DNA of 64,000 bases, from positions 28,522,001-28,586,000 of the forward strand of contig CM052816.1 in NCBI GenBank assembly GCA_028534125.1, given 5' to 3'. Each line of letters begins with the position of its first letter. Position 1 is the first letter of the stretch. Position numbers and translations under genes: made by a program. Source of the stretch: Lama glama (Eukaryota). This document shows, one piece after another, positions 1 through 12,800 of this stretch. The notes beneath the pieces were generated by a model. That model had not been told where the DNA came from, did not search any database, and worked only from the letters and a program-made list of their open reading frames with translations.

Positions 1-654
1 TTCATTGTCATCGCTCACAAATGAAAAGGAAAAGTTCCCAAATAAAGGAATATTGCTTATAAATATAAATACCACTTAACCTTATCATTAAAATATCATT
101 TTTCAAAGAGAATAGCAAAAGTGAAAATGATTATAATAATCACTTTGGCAAGCACGTAACCCAGAGCAGGTGTTTTATTTAGATGGGTTGGTAGCCAATA
201 TTTGAAAAGAGAAGATGAATAGGTTGCTTGGCCCCAGCACAAGCAGCTGAACTCCTTACACACAGGCTGCTCAGTGCAGTTATGTGACCTACCGGGGGCA
301 CTGCAAAATCTTTGTGCGGAAGCACATGGCATAGTAATTTTGGTGGGTACTCTTACATTAATCAAAATGGAAAATCAGCATACGATTTGGCCCTCAGTTC
401 TACCTCCAGAAATTCATGCTATCTGTGTATATATGTATTTATGCATCTATTCTAACAAATTCACTAAAGTGAGCTCATATATTATATTTGTTATATAGGC
501 ACGTATGCATAACTACAGATCTACTCTCATCATGTATATAAGAATACTAATTTAAGTACCATGTGTTAAAGCACTCTTTGTAAGAAACAAGAAAAAGAAC
601 AAAAGTAAATTCTCACAAACTGAAAGAAACAAAGTGAAACAAAAATACAAAACA

Positions 655-805
655 AAATGAAATGTCTACCAACAGGGAACTGGAGTATGCACAGTGCAAC
701 TCTGAAAAAAATGATGGAGAAAGGTCTGCAGGTACTGATATGGCTGACAAAGAAAGATCAAGGAGCTGTATCTTTAAACAACAGAAACATACAGAACAGT
801 GCATC
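655..805 (+). mobile_element. Old L1 (L1ME-like) 3' fragment
   Basis: Degenerate match to L1M 3' motifs (aaatgtctaccaacagggaactgg...gtactgatatgg...cagaacagtg). Confidence 0.45.
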
Positions 806-1779
806 TGGTGGGATCAAGCTCACTATGAAAATCCCTTAGGAAGATTGGAAATTGGAGATTGATGTATCCTTTCTCCGTAATCCTAACACAGTAAGTTTTA
901 TCATTCTGACATATTTTTCCTCCAGCCTTGGAACAGATTCACTATTTGATTAAGCATCAGAGGAAATAATTAGCTTGATTTTAAAGTCCATGTTGTACAT
1001 ATAATGAAAATAATAACACAAATATGTACGTATATAAGTAATAGAATCACATTCAATTCTAAGTGATGCTAATATAATAAAGTGCCGGGGGAGTAGAGAT
1101 CACTGAGACTAGATTTAGACACAAAATATTTACATCCTCATTCTTAAGCATACAGATATTGAAGAGATTATACATTTAAACCTATCTCCCAATATCCTTT
1201 GCTATGCTAAGTTTGCATACATAGTTAAACTCTTTAAGTCAAAGGACTTATATTAGAAATCCTCTGAAAACAATACATTTTGAAAGAAAGAAGGTGTCTG
1301 TGTGTTCGTGTGTGTGGATGTGTATGAAGGTTTTCTAGAAGGATAAATCATATGTGTTGAGACAGTGGGACTGATAAAGTTCTGAGATATTGGAAAGTAA
1401 AGAAAAATATACTTGGAATATAAAGAAAGATATATTTCTTTGATATATCTTCTTGTATTTAATTTTTCACCACATGCATGTGTCATTAAAAAAAAAACCC
1501 ACAACACACAACCTTAGAGAAACAAATGTATCTAGAAACATGACAAAAGTCAAAAGATTTAGGAAGGGACATCTGTAGTTAAAAGCATTGATCGCTATCT
1601 GTTTGACTAAGGCCAAGGTTTATGGTGAATGTACTTCTACAAATAATTGTAAATCAAAGTACAACCCTACAGATAAAAAGCCAAAATCAATGCAGTCATT
1701 TTATGTCACCAGTATGGATGCTCCCTCTGCAGCCCCTACCAACAGCCAGAACAGGTTACGTTTCTCCTATTTGGGTGCT

Positions 1780-2540
1780 TCTCGTGGACGCCTAACCACT
1801 CAGATCACCTCTAATCTTGCGTCACTTTACCCTTCATGTCACAGCCATGTGACATTTTTCTAAAGTGAAAAATACCTTGGCCTAAACCTCTTCAGTTGGC
1901 CCTCCCCAGTGTCTAGGTAAATTCTAAACAGGCCTGGGACTGTCCTCTAACCAATTCTCCTTCCTCTCTCAGTAAAAGAATTCTTGAGTGTTAACTGGGC
2001 ACGTAGGCATTCGGCACTCTCTCTCAAAAGTCTGTACTTCCCAGGCGCCTGTGTGATGAGTAGATGTAACACACAGCAGGTACCTGGCCAATAGAAGACA
2101 AGTGGTATGGTCAATTTCCAGAAAACGTCTTTAAAAAAGGAGTTTTTGATCTGCTGCCCTTTCCTCCTTTCTGCTGCTTGGAATGTTGACACAATGGCTA
2201 GAGCAGTCATCTTGGGCCACAAAGCAGGAGATGAACATCAAAGATGTTCTGGACTGTCTAGATTATATGAGAGAAAAACTGATTTATCACTCACTTAAAC
2301 TCTTGTTAGAGAATTATTCCCCCAGAGTTTAGTCTAATCAGAATGAATACAAAACACCCTCCATAACCTGATTTCTACCCATCTTTCTAACGTCATCTTT
2401 CATCATTCCTACTGCACTCTATAATGCAACTGCATCTAATTGCCACTTCCCAGAGCGTGTCATGTTATTTCTTATTTTTATATATTAGTCTAAGTGGGTC
2501 TCTGCATCTGAAATAACCTACTCCTACCTCTACTCAGCCT
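1780..2540 (+). mobile_element. L2 fragment interrupted by an ERVL LTR
   Basis: L2-like 'tttctaaagtg...aaacctcttcagttggccctcccc' before ~1930 resumes as 'ccctccataacctgatttctacccatctttc' after ~2355. Confidence 0.5.
1945..2350 (+). mobile_element. LTR33/LTR16-like ERVL solo LTR
   Basis: Diagnostic 'tctgctgcttggaatgttgacacaatggctagagcagtcatcttgggccac' and 'cctggccaatagaag...atttccag'. Confidence 0.65.
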
Positions 2541-2789
2541 CTGCTCCTTTGCATGGGAAACCAGGCAATGCACTCATTAGGAGAAGACAAAAATAGTCTC
2601 CCCGCCCTACAATACATAACATAGGTTTAAGACATAACAGTTGCCCCAGAAAAGTTCAGAAAAACCTTAGAGCTAAAGAAAATCTTCGTAACCTATCACC
2701 CACTCACATTGGTCCAGGAAAGAAATAACAGGGAGAAAAGAATTTGGAAGAAATACTATGGAGATAAAAGGTAAACCTCAAATATTACT

Positions 2790-3105
2790 ATAAATATCTT
2801 TAGAGAAAGAGAGAATATACTGCATTCACTGAAAAGGAATATTGTTCTATGAAAATACATAATAAAAAAAAGAAAGGGACCTCATATATTAAATGTTTTA
2901 TTACCACGCTTAAAACTCTAGTAAAAAGATTGGAAGATTAAGTCCCAGAAAGTGGGATAAAATGACTGAAATAGAAAATAGGAAAGAAAAGACAAAAATA
3001 CTTAAGGATCAACCTGAGACATCCTATAATCAACTTCCAGGAATTATCAGAAAGAGAGAAGAAAGAAAAGAAGAGAGAGAGAATTATCAAAAACATAATA
3101 TGTGA
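2790..3105 (+). mobile_element. HAL1/L1M ORF1-region remnant
   Basis: 'aaggatcaacctgagacatcc...ccaggaattatcagaaagagagaag...aattatcaaaaacataat' resembles old L1 ORF1 sequence. Confidence 0.6.
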
Positions 3106-3589
3106 CTACACCTCAAAACAGTAAATGATACTCAGTAAATACTCACTGAACTATACATATCTTCATTCTTTATGTCATGTGTACCAGTCATAACCACTGA
3201 CCACACACTAGTCAGAACGCAATGATAGGCACTGCAGAGAAAATATGAGTAAGATGATGTTTCTGCTCTTCACATCTTATTCCTTCAACGAAGACAGACA
3301 TAAAGTCATAATTACAATGTGGTGACATTAAGTCTAACAATGAATGTTTGGAAGAGCTCTGTAGGAGAGTACCGGAGGAATACATAACCCACCCTAGAGT
3401 CAAGTTGCAATTTCGCAACATAACACTTACTTGCTACATTTATGAGTTAATATTGTATTATTCTTTACTTTTTAATTTTCTTCTAAATCATTCTCCATAA
3501 AATACATTCTGGTGTTTAATTTAATGCTAAAAAATGTTTATAATCTATGCAATCCAAATTGCCACTAAACAAAACCAAATAATCCCACT

Positions 3590-3895
3590 GCTTTTTTAAT
3601 TGGGTAAGGATAACGTATACACAGACAAATATAAAAATCCTAAGTAAAGCTCAATGAGTTTTTTCAAAGTGAACATAACCATGCAATCAATACAGAGACC
3701 AAGAATCTGAATATTACCAGCACCCCAAAAGATCCCTTGTGCCCCGTCCAGTCACTTCTCTCTTCCCAGAGAAACCACTTTCCTGATACCTAACAGCACA
3801 GATTAGTTTTACCTATTCTTGAACTTCATAAAAATGGAATCATATCCCATGTGTGCTCTTATATCTAGCTTCTTTGGCTGAATATTATGTGATAA
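3590..3895 (-). mobile_element. L1ME-like 3' end
   Basis: 'gctcaatgagttttttcaaagtgaacata...accagcaccccaaaag...aatggaatcata' is the reverse complement of an L1ME 3' UTR. Confidence 0.75.
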
Positions 3896-3919
3896 GATAT
3901 TTTTACATTTTTGGATATA

Positions 3920-4540
3920 TAGTTTTATTTTAAACAAATTATTTTATAAAGAAAAATTTCAGATTTACTAAATTTTTATGAAAACAGTATAGTTACTGTA
4001 CTGTAACTATGTACATACAATACATGGCGAATTTTCCTGATTATCAGAATCTTAAGTTATTATGGTACATTTGTCACAATTAACACACCAATATTGATAC
4101 ATGGTAGTTAACTAAAGCTTATATTTACTGAAATTCCCTCAGTTTTCTCCTAATGTCCCTTTTCTGTTCCAGGGTCCCATCTAAGACACCAAGTCACATA
4201 CAGTTATCACATCTCTCTAGGTTTTCTTGGTCATCACAGTTTCTTAGGCTTTTCTTGTTTTTCATGACTTTGACAGTTTTAAATATTACTGGTCAAGTGC
4301 TTTGTGCAATATCGCTCAGCTGGGATTTATCTGATGTTTTTCTCATGGTTAGACTGAGGAAATGTGTTTTCGGAAAGAAGGCTGCAGAGGTCAAGTGACT
4401 TGTCATCACATCATACAGAGGGTGTTTACCATTAATATGACTTATCACTGTTGATGTTAATCTGAATTATTTTGCTTCAGGTCCTATTTGTCAGGTTTCC
4501 CCATTGTAAAATTACTTCTTTTTCTCCCTCTTCATTTGGT
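3920..4540 (-). mobile_element. L1MC/L1MD-like 3' UTR
   Basis: 'ctaatgtcccttttctgttccagggtcccatc...ctgatgtttttctcatggttagactg...gacttatcactgttgatgttaa'. Confidence 0.8.
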
Positions 4541-5793
4541 ATCTTTGGGAATAAGTAATATCTACAAAAAAACAACAAGCCTTTATGACTCCAAAGCACA
4601 GCATCTTACTACTACACTACATAGAAACCTACGTGAAGAGGACATTTACCACAGATCCAATGTATGGTATCCATGTAGAATGTCAGTCCAGAAAACACAG
4701 GCACCATTGTAAATGTTTTTCTTACTGAATCTTCTCAGTCAATTAATTGTCAAAATAGTTAATTAACTTGATCTTTTGACCAGTGTGTAATTACAGAAAT
4801 AGTCTTGGACTGAATCCACACAAAGTCAAGTGAGAGAACTAGAAAGTAGTTACATAGTTCATATAAAAATCATCTGAAAATCTAAGTTGGTTAAATTTTG
4901 CATGATTTTTTCTTTCTCATTCTTTTTGCATGTGTGGATTAGTTACAGAGTTTCTAAAGAAAATTTCCAAAAATATATACCACATACTATAAAGAATTGA
5001 TATTCTAAATACAGAAGAATGTTGAGGGAATCTATTCATATAAGATTAAAATGGATTACTATAGTTAATGTATTAAGTAATACTTTCTTAAGAATATAAT
5101 GAACAATAAGTTATTGCTATCATTTTTATCTCATGAGGAGCTGAAATGTATATGTCCAGTGGGATACATGCTTGAAGAATATGTACAAAGTCGTTCTCTA
5201 GTTGAATGTGTAAAATATTCTACTAATCTAACAATCCAAAAAGTAACATACTATGTTTTCCATATACTATATTGTAAGTTATATAAATATCCTCAACTCT
5301 TAAATAACCATTCAGCAATTTAAACTAGTTTCCAAATGGCCGATGGCTGGAGTTACATCTGTTCACTTTATGCTTAAACCTGATTTTCATCCTTCTTTTA
5401 GAATTGAAGTAAAAATAAGACACTGGATAACTCATGTCTCCTGTATAGTCAGTAGTAATAGAAATAACAATGATCTTCAAAAACAGGTTCTGCTGTCTTC
5501 ATCCATCCCTGAGGAAGAACGACTCTTGATCTTCATGCTAGCTTGGAATTATGTGGGCTGCCCTGACTGTCATACACCACAAATCTGAATGATCAATGTA
5601 ATGTAATGATCAGTGTAAATCAGCAAGATATACATCGAAACCTTCCTAGAAAGACTTTTACCACTCAAGTTCCATCACCTTAAAACTGATATTCATACTG
5701 AACTTCAAAAGAGTAGGAGAAAACTATATTGAGATAGAGCTAAAATGTTCCCCAGACAGTTTATTTCTACACAACTTAAATCTTCTAATTCAT

Positions 5794-6201
5794 CAGTGGT
5801 GTGCTGGAACCAGCTTATACTCGCTTTCAAGAGCCATTTGATAATTTTTTTTGAAATGTATGAGTCTATTGTTAAACACAGGCATTATTAAAACTTAAAT
5901 TATGTAAAATTACAATTAATCATATTGAAACAAAGATAATAAATATTCAAAACTCTCCAATCCTCCTTACTACCATATATCATTGAGATGATTTACATCT
6001 GTTGGGTACAGGGGAAATTCCACATACGGTGTGCTCCCATGCATCTCTTCCCAACTCCACATTCAATGACATCAGGTTAGTACCCTGAAATACGTCACAG
6101 TGGGAATATTTACACCATGAAAAAAAGCAAAAGTTACAAACAAGTGTTCTACCCTACCACCTCAGAGAACTGGTTGTTAAACACTTATCAACACACCACT
6201 G
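5794..6201 (+). mobile_element. MER63-like hAT-Blackjack non-autonomous DNA transposon
   Basis: Terminal inverted repeats cagtggtgtgctgg...tcaacacaccactg (12/14 match), 408 bp, MER63-like 5' end. Confidence 0.8.
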
Positions 6202-6429
6202 ACCAAGCCCATAGTTAACTTCCCCTCTTGCCAATTCTATCTGCACCCTGCCATCTTCTTAGTGTTGATTCTCTTTAAAGCTACATGTTTTGGGAAAACT
6301 TTCAGCTCTGTACATAATCCTGGTTCATTTAAAAATAATAGATATTTCTATGTCACTTCAAACAATCACTTCTCTGGGAGAAAGTTTCTACGTAAGTCGA
6401 ACAAATTGTTAATGTAAAGGAAGGTGGGA

Positions 6430-6640
6430 GAGCTTATGGATGGTAGACAGAAGTGGGTTTAATCCTGATTTTACTATTTTCTACACAGGTAACATACTTA
6501 ATCTAAGCTTGAATCCTTGTTTGCTAAAAAAAGTAAAAAATGAAAGGGTAATACCCTATGCTATAGATCTTTTGTGAAGAGTACATTGAGACAATAAACG
6601 TAAAGTTACCACAGATGCTTGGCAAATATTAGCTATTTTT
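6430..6640 (+). mobile_element. MIR SINE
   Basis: Degenerate MIR core and tail (gggtttaatcctg...aatgaaagggtaataccc...aaatattagctatt). Confidence 0.6.
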
Positions 6641-8414
6641 TATAGTGTACCCCTAGGTTTGGCAATGTATCACCACTGTGAGAAGAGAAGCTACAATTCA
6701 AAAACACCTAACGAGTGCAACGTAGATAAACCCTCTCTAAGTTCTGCATGTATATTTATACTGAATATTAGCACAGCAAAGCTCAGAGAAGTTCTGCATA
6801 TAAGAAACCTAAATATATACATATTTAGCAGGGTTCCTAAAACTTCTCATATTTTTCTTGGTTTTCCCGTTTCAGTGAATGGCGAACCCATTCCTCTCCA
6901 AAGTGCTACATTTAACAGTGTATTAAGTCCTCTCAGTTGTACTTCTAGAATGTGGCTAAAAATGCATTCATTGCTGCTTCATTTCTCTGATAGCACCCAA
7001 ATCAGGATCTCAATACCTCTCCTCTACAGACAAATAACATCACATACCCTGGTAATTTCCTCATAGGACCTGTAAATACTAGTTGTTTGTGAAGTACTTT
7101 AGGAAATGATGTTACGATGGAGTATGACACATATTTTTACAAAGGCCTGCAACGTATTCTAGGCTGACATAATTTGAAAGAATTGTAAGTTTTTAAAGAG
7201 ATCAGAGGTCAGCCAAAAGCAATTATAGATCTTAAAACACTGTACTTAACACTAACTCTTTTAGAGACTGGAGTTATTGAAGAAATAACTCAAAGGCTGA
7301 CATAATGGATGTCAGTAAGAAGGCTTAACTGTCAAAGGAATCGGTCACATGCAGTCTATCAAGCCACACACCAAAAGTAAATGAGCTTACATTTTGGTAA
7401 AAGTGATTGATTATACCAAAGCGTAGTTCCACACAGAAAAAAATTATTGGCAGATACTGATAATTATCACCCAAATATAAAGTGACTCTGTTTATTGAAC
7501 TCTCTTTTTTAAAATCTCTTCAAAAACTAGGCAGATTTTCATGTATCTGTAATATGTTAATTGAAAGTAAGAGAAAAGATTGGAGGATATTCTATAAATA
7601 TATGATTGACACCAAGACACATAGTGAAAAATAACTGAACAACTGTAGGGAAACTTGTCAATGTAGACAGTATTTCTTTCTTAAAAACCTCTTATCCTAT
7701 GCTCTTTCTATCATGGCCTCATTCTAATTCTTTTCTTAATCTTAACTTCATTTTGAGGCTCATATGAATTACTTATAATTTACTTTATTTCAGAAAGTAA
7801 TTAATACAAATTTTATTCTTGTCATTCTAGAAAATTTCCAGACTTTTATACTGTTGTGGCAGCTTCAGGGACCGAAACTGTCATCTCCCTAGAGAATCAT
7901 TGCCTTTTCTTGCCACAACATGCTATCTCTGCAACCCATGTTCCCTGAAAACTTCTTGACTTACGCCTTTGCCAGTCATGTCCCCTTTACTTGGATTGTG
8001 CTCCTCCTGCGAGCTAAAAATTCTACAGTTCTCCAAGTCTATGCATTCATCCTTTGATTTGTTTAGCAAAGAGGGACACATTGATGAATAAGATGGTCAT
8101 TTTTTTCTATCCTTAAGAAGTTCCAGTGTGGAGGCAACAAAAGAAAATTTAAAAAAATAACCAATCTCACAAATAATTAGCTGCAACTGTGAGAGGCACT
8201 AAGATGGAAGAGTTAAAGGCAATATTTTCTAAAGATCTATAAGTAACGTGACTAAAACTGCTGTGACACTTTCTTCGTCTATCCCTCACAACCACAAAGA
8301 GATTACAGTCATTTCCCCTCCTGTCTCTATATCCCACATCATTTTATATTTCAGTAATGTTTTAACCATCATTCTATATTTATCACACCCTGGTCTGAAT
8401 GACTCTTATTTGCA

Positions 8415-8855
8415 ATGTGAACATGTTCTCCTATATGGGAGATTGGGAGGGACTCCTGAACATCTCCTTCTCACAGATAAGCAGTTTAAATCAGTCACGG
8501 TCCCCACACTGGGCAATAAAACATAAAAGAGGAGAGTGCTGGGCTGTTTCCAGGAAAAACTTTCCTCTCCCTCAAAGATGATAGCCACAAGATAACACGG
8601 TATGATTTTCCTTCTTCTGGTCATTGATATTCAACATGTAATGCCTGCAAGTACGGCCGATAATTAGTCACCAGAGTGAGCATAATTCCGAAATCAAGGA
8701 TGACACAACAGATCAATAAGAGAAGCCTTGTATCGGTGGGCTGCTGAATTAACCAGTCCTGTGGTACCCCCCAAACACACCTATCCCCAAACCTGTTATT
8801 AGGTGACTTTCAAATTTTCCTTTCTGTTTAAGCCAGTAATTTGCAGCAAATATCG
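8415..8855 (+). mobile_element. LTR16-like ERVL solo LTR, apparently inside an L2 3' end (~8260-8975)
   Basis: 'gggcaataaaacataaaagagg...ttccaggaaaaactttcctc...gctgctgaattaacc...gtttaagccag'; L2 tail 'actagactataaacactctgaggatggg' follows. Confidence 0.6.
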
Positions 8856-10104
8856 ATATATTACATTACTAGACTATAAACACTCTGAGGATGGGGAATG
8901 TCTTCTTCATCTTCATTATTTCTAGTATCTGGTATGACTTTTGCTCATAACAGTTGGTCAAAAATAGTAGTTGGGAAAAATTAAAGTTGCATTTCAACTG
9001 AAATATTTTTCATTTATATCCTCTCTATCTCTGTGTGTGTGTGTTCCCAGGCTTTAAGCACTACAAAGCACTAGGTTTACAGTCTCAGTTTAATTAGGAT
9101 GTATTTTCGATGATGCTATAACACATAGATTGAACACTTATGATGATATAAAAAGACAGAAAAGTATTCAACTTTGTAAATCTTTCCTTCAATAAATAAA
9201 GGATTCATGTCCTGTATCCGATAACATGCCATAAACATAACCACGTAATCTGCAATTTAAAAAGAAAACAGAAAAGGTAAAAGTGTCAGGGAAGTTGAAA
9301 ATACCGAACATTCTCCAGAGATGACAAGACATACAAATGTTGGCAAAGCACCTTGTCAGAAGAGAGCCACAGGGATACACGTTTGATTTTAGACAACAGC
9401 TGGCTTTAGGTGAATGGGCTGTTGAGACGAATCTTTTTACTGTAAATGAAAATCCGGGAAGAAAGCTTTCTATCAAAGGTCTCATTTCAAGTAATTTAAA
9501 CTACCATATGGTTTATGAACTCACAGTATAAACCAACTGACGTCTACAAGCCAGTAACATTATTTCACTATATGAAATACCCTCAGTGACAGTGTTCTGT
9601 CTGAGAAATATAGGCATCATCCATTGCTCAAATAAAGGAACTGGAAGGACTTTTCAAATGCCAGGTCAAACGACGAATATGACTATGCACCATAAAAGAA
9701 ATGGGGTCAGCCTGGCCCTCAGCTCAAAAGTTTATGAAATATTTGACCCAAGAGACAACATTAAGTGAAAATATAAATGTGATTCAATTTTCTGTTGACT
9801 CAGGTGTAAAGGCAATGGCTAGCTGTCAGATATTCTAGAAAACCCTGTGTGCACTCCCTGGGTGCATTAACCCGCACCGTCTATCTGCTTTATCCATCTT
9901 TCACTCCCATCAGGCTCTTTTATTAAAAACGTGAACAAAATTAAACACCATTTGTTATAATATCAGTATATGACATTTCCCAAGCTTCTTATCTTAGAAT
10001 ACTTGAACACTGCCTGTTGCCTTTATTCCACAACAGCCCTACTAAAAAATCAGAGCTTTTCAGAGGACCAATATTCTACACATCAGAGTCAAAGAAAAAC
10101 AACA

Positions 10105-10306
10105 GTTGGCATTTATTAAATGTGTCCCTGTGCCTGCAATTAAACCAAGCACTTTAGGTACATTATCTCAATGAATCCTCATTATGAGACAGTTACTATC
10201 ATCCCTATACTTCAGAAGTGGAAACTGGAGATCAGAGAAGTTAACAGCTAACACACACAGGAAGTAAAACAAGGTACAGGTTTGGAACCCAGGTCTCTGA
10301 GTTCTA
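10105..10306 (-). mobile_element. MIR SINE
   Basis: 'attatctcaatgaatcctca...atccctatacttcagaagtggaaactggag...tttggaacccaggtct'. Confidence 0.75.
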
Positions 10307-10653
10307 TGGGCTCAGCTAAAATGCTTTAGCCCCAAGGGTCCTCCCCACCCCCTACTCCATCCAAGTTTACTGAAGTCCTACCCAAAAAGAGATCACCCAC
10401 TGGGCTTACCGTGAAGGCTCACTGGTCCATTTTACACTCTGGGGACATACTCTGTAATATTCATCACATTCTCAATATAGATGTTTAAAATAAATTTTAA
10501 GAATTTTCAGGTAAAAAAGGATAAACCATTATAGGGATATTTCAAAATTTATTAAAGATTTATTAAGTATTTTGACCAAAACTGAGAAGTGAGTGAATAT
10601 TACTGTTTTTAAACATGATTTCATTTCCAGCATTGCTAAATCTAAACAGTTAC

Positions 10654-10808
10654 CTGAATGTACTCTGAACATAACACAGTCATGGGTGGTGACTATGAGG
10701 ACCAGCGCTCACAGTATAGCTGTGCACAGAGGAGAGACTTTACACAGGCTGGAGACCGGGCAGGCTCTTCTCAGATGCCTTCACCTTATAAATAATAAAC
10801 TAAAGAAG
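10654..10808 (-). other. Candidate spliced exon (155 nt), probably 5' UTR/non-coding
   Basis: Minus-strand acceptor actttctctttcAG|cttc and donor CAG|GTAACT bracket unique, more GC-rich sequence; stops in all three frames from the acceptor. Confidence 0.6.
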
Positions 10809-11044
10809 CTGAAAGAGAAAGTTTCACAACCAGCATATACACTGTGTTTTTTTTCCCTTGTTTTGTTTTCTTACCTAAATGTCTCTTCTTGCTTTCAATC
10901 ATTTTATTATCAACACACTTATATTTGAGCTCTTATTCCATTTAAAAAATGAAGGAGCATGTCACTATAGCAAATATTTCAAGGTTATATTTACCTTTGA
11001 AATGAATTTAACTCTAATTAGAGTAATTCAAAAAGCACATTATT

Positions 11045-11880
11045 TGTTTGTTCATGTTGCAAACATTTATTAATGATCCACTACAGACCAAAAGATTATG
11101 CTGAAAAGTCAAGAATGAAGACTCAGTTACTGACCTCAAGGATCTTAGAGAAAGAGACGTGAAGACAAGAGTCACAAGGCAGTATGTATGGAAGTGAAGG
11201 TCAAACGGAATGAGGACATATTATACGGGAAGGCAAGTTTTAGTGTGCCCGGAAGGGGGAGACGGGAGAGCACAAGGAACAGACGATGCTCACAGAGCAT
11301 CAGGCGATGAGTGGAGTTCTTGTCAGACACCACATTCTGGACAGAGGGACCAGTGCTTAATGTGAAAGTCCCTGACAGAGCTCAGCATACTCGTGAAGAA
11401 GCAACCGTTCAGTGTGGCTGCAGCGTGAGGTGGGAAGATGTAGAGTGCAGGAAATGAGCTTCGACAGGCGGATGGCTAAGGGTTTATAGGTAACCCAAGG
11501 GGGCTGACAATTTTTTCCAGAATCAGTGGTTTTCCAGTGGCACCCTGTTCTGCCCTGCAGATACACTGAGGTACCTGAGGTCACCCAGCAAGGCACGAAG
11601 AGAAGAACCCCTCAGATCACAGCACTCTGACGTCCCGAACTTCACATCTAGTCCACTCCAGGTAATTGGCATAGTACATAAAATACCATTTGAAAGAGGA
11701 TTCTGCTGACTAAAATCAGGTATGAAAACCACTGTTATGGGGAACAAGCAGCCATGGAGGAATTTTTAATGCACAGCATTCTTGTGCAGAAACGCTGCTT
11801 GAAAGTCATCCCCATTGCACGCGGGACAGCGCGACACAGTGACAGCGCTATCTGGAAGCGGGGTTCTCCTTTCCCAGCCA
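11045..11880 (-). mobile_element. L2 fragment split by a MITE
   Basis: L2 tail 'ttcatgttgcaaacatttattaatg...ctgacctcaagg'; resumes after 11734 with 'atggggaacaagcagccatggaggaatttttaa'. Confidence 0.65.
11524..11734. mobile_element. hAT-Charlie-type MITE (MER5/MER112-like)
   Basis: Perfect 11-bp TIRs cagtggttttc...gaaaaccactg enclosing 211 bp. Confidence 0.7.
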
Positions 11881-11939
11881 TAGAAAAGCCGAAGAACTTA
11901 GAGAAAAGGAGGAGATAAAACACTTCCCTTTCCTATATA

Positions 11940-12240
11940 TTTTTTATTCCCATACGTAGTACTTGTTTATTTCTCTTGCTGCTTATCTTACTGTATTATA
12001 ATGACTGGTTTGTCTGTCTCAGCCATTAATCTGTTATCTCCACCAGACCAAGTATTGAAATGTTTTTAAATTTTATTTTTGTATTGTTGATTTACAGTGT
12101 TACTTTCAGGTATAAAGCAAAACAATTCAGTTATATATATATATATAGTGGTATTGTAACACTTAATGGTTGAGTCTCTGGCCATTACACACTACCTGGC
12201 ACATAGGTCTCAATAAACATTTACTGAATGAATTGAAACG
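11940..12240 (+). mobile_element. L2 3' end containing a short antisense L1 tail (~12060-12150)
   Basis: L2 terminus 'cctggcacataggtctcaataaacatttactgaatgaa'; insert 'ttgatttacagtgtt...tttcaggtataaagcaaaacaattcagttatata' matches cetartiodactyl L1 3' ends. Confidence 0.65.
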
Positions 12241-12329
12241 GACTTTTTTTTTTTTTTGCATACAGAGAAGAAAGGTCATGTTCTGCTCAGCCTTGGCACA
12301 ATTTTAAAGTAGAGGGAAGTAGTGTTGAG

Positions 12330-12800
12330 CTCCTCACCCTCACTGGCTGTCTTTGTTTGCTTGTTTGTTGCGAACTCCTTGCTCCCTTCCCACCTCCATC
12401 CCTACTCTGTTCCTCTGGTGTTCAAGGCACTGACCTTACAATGGCTTCTTTTTTAAAATTTGAGGCAATGGCTATTTCTCTCACTCATTGCCTGTAGGCT
12501 CCGCAGGCAGTCAGCTGAGTCGCTGAGAGTTGTTCAGAGACAGCCAACTCACAGGACGGCAAAGTGAAAACTGCCTAACCAGTTAGCTAGCTCAACCTAA
12601 AAGGTTAAAGCCCCGTGGTGGTTTTATGAGTGAGAGACTCAGGCAGAGGAGCAGAGGAGATGAGCCGTGTTTTGTTCTGTTTTGTCTTGTTTGGTTTTCT
12701 GAGATTAGTGAGGTCGTTGATAGTACTGTTTGTCTGCTTTTGAATAAAGATGAAACGGTTAGCCAAAAGTTATCCTGTGAAGAAAACAGCAGTACAGTGC
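12330..12800 (-). promoter_or_regulatory. Candidate alternative promoter/first exon or enhancer
   Basis: Unique sequence with several CpGs; minus-strand CATAAAA (~12622-12628), E-box CAGCTG, IRF-like AAAGTGAAAA, donors AAG|GTCAGT (12435) and ATT|GTAAGG (12440). Confidence 0.35.

Noticed and set aside
10411..10455. Possible 42-nt minus-strand exon ending ACG|GTAAGC
   Set aside because: Good donor but poor polypyrimidine tract; not distinguishable from a chance pseudo-exon
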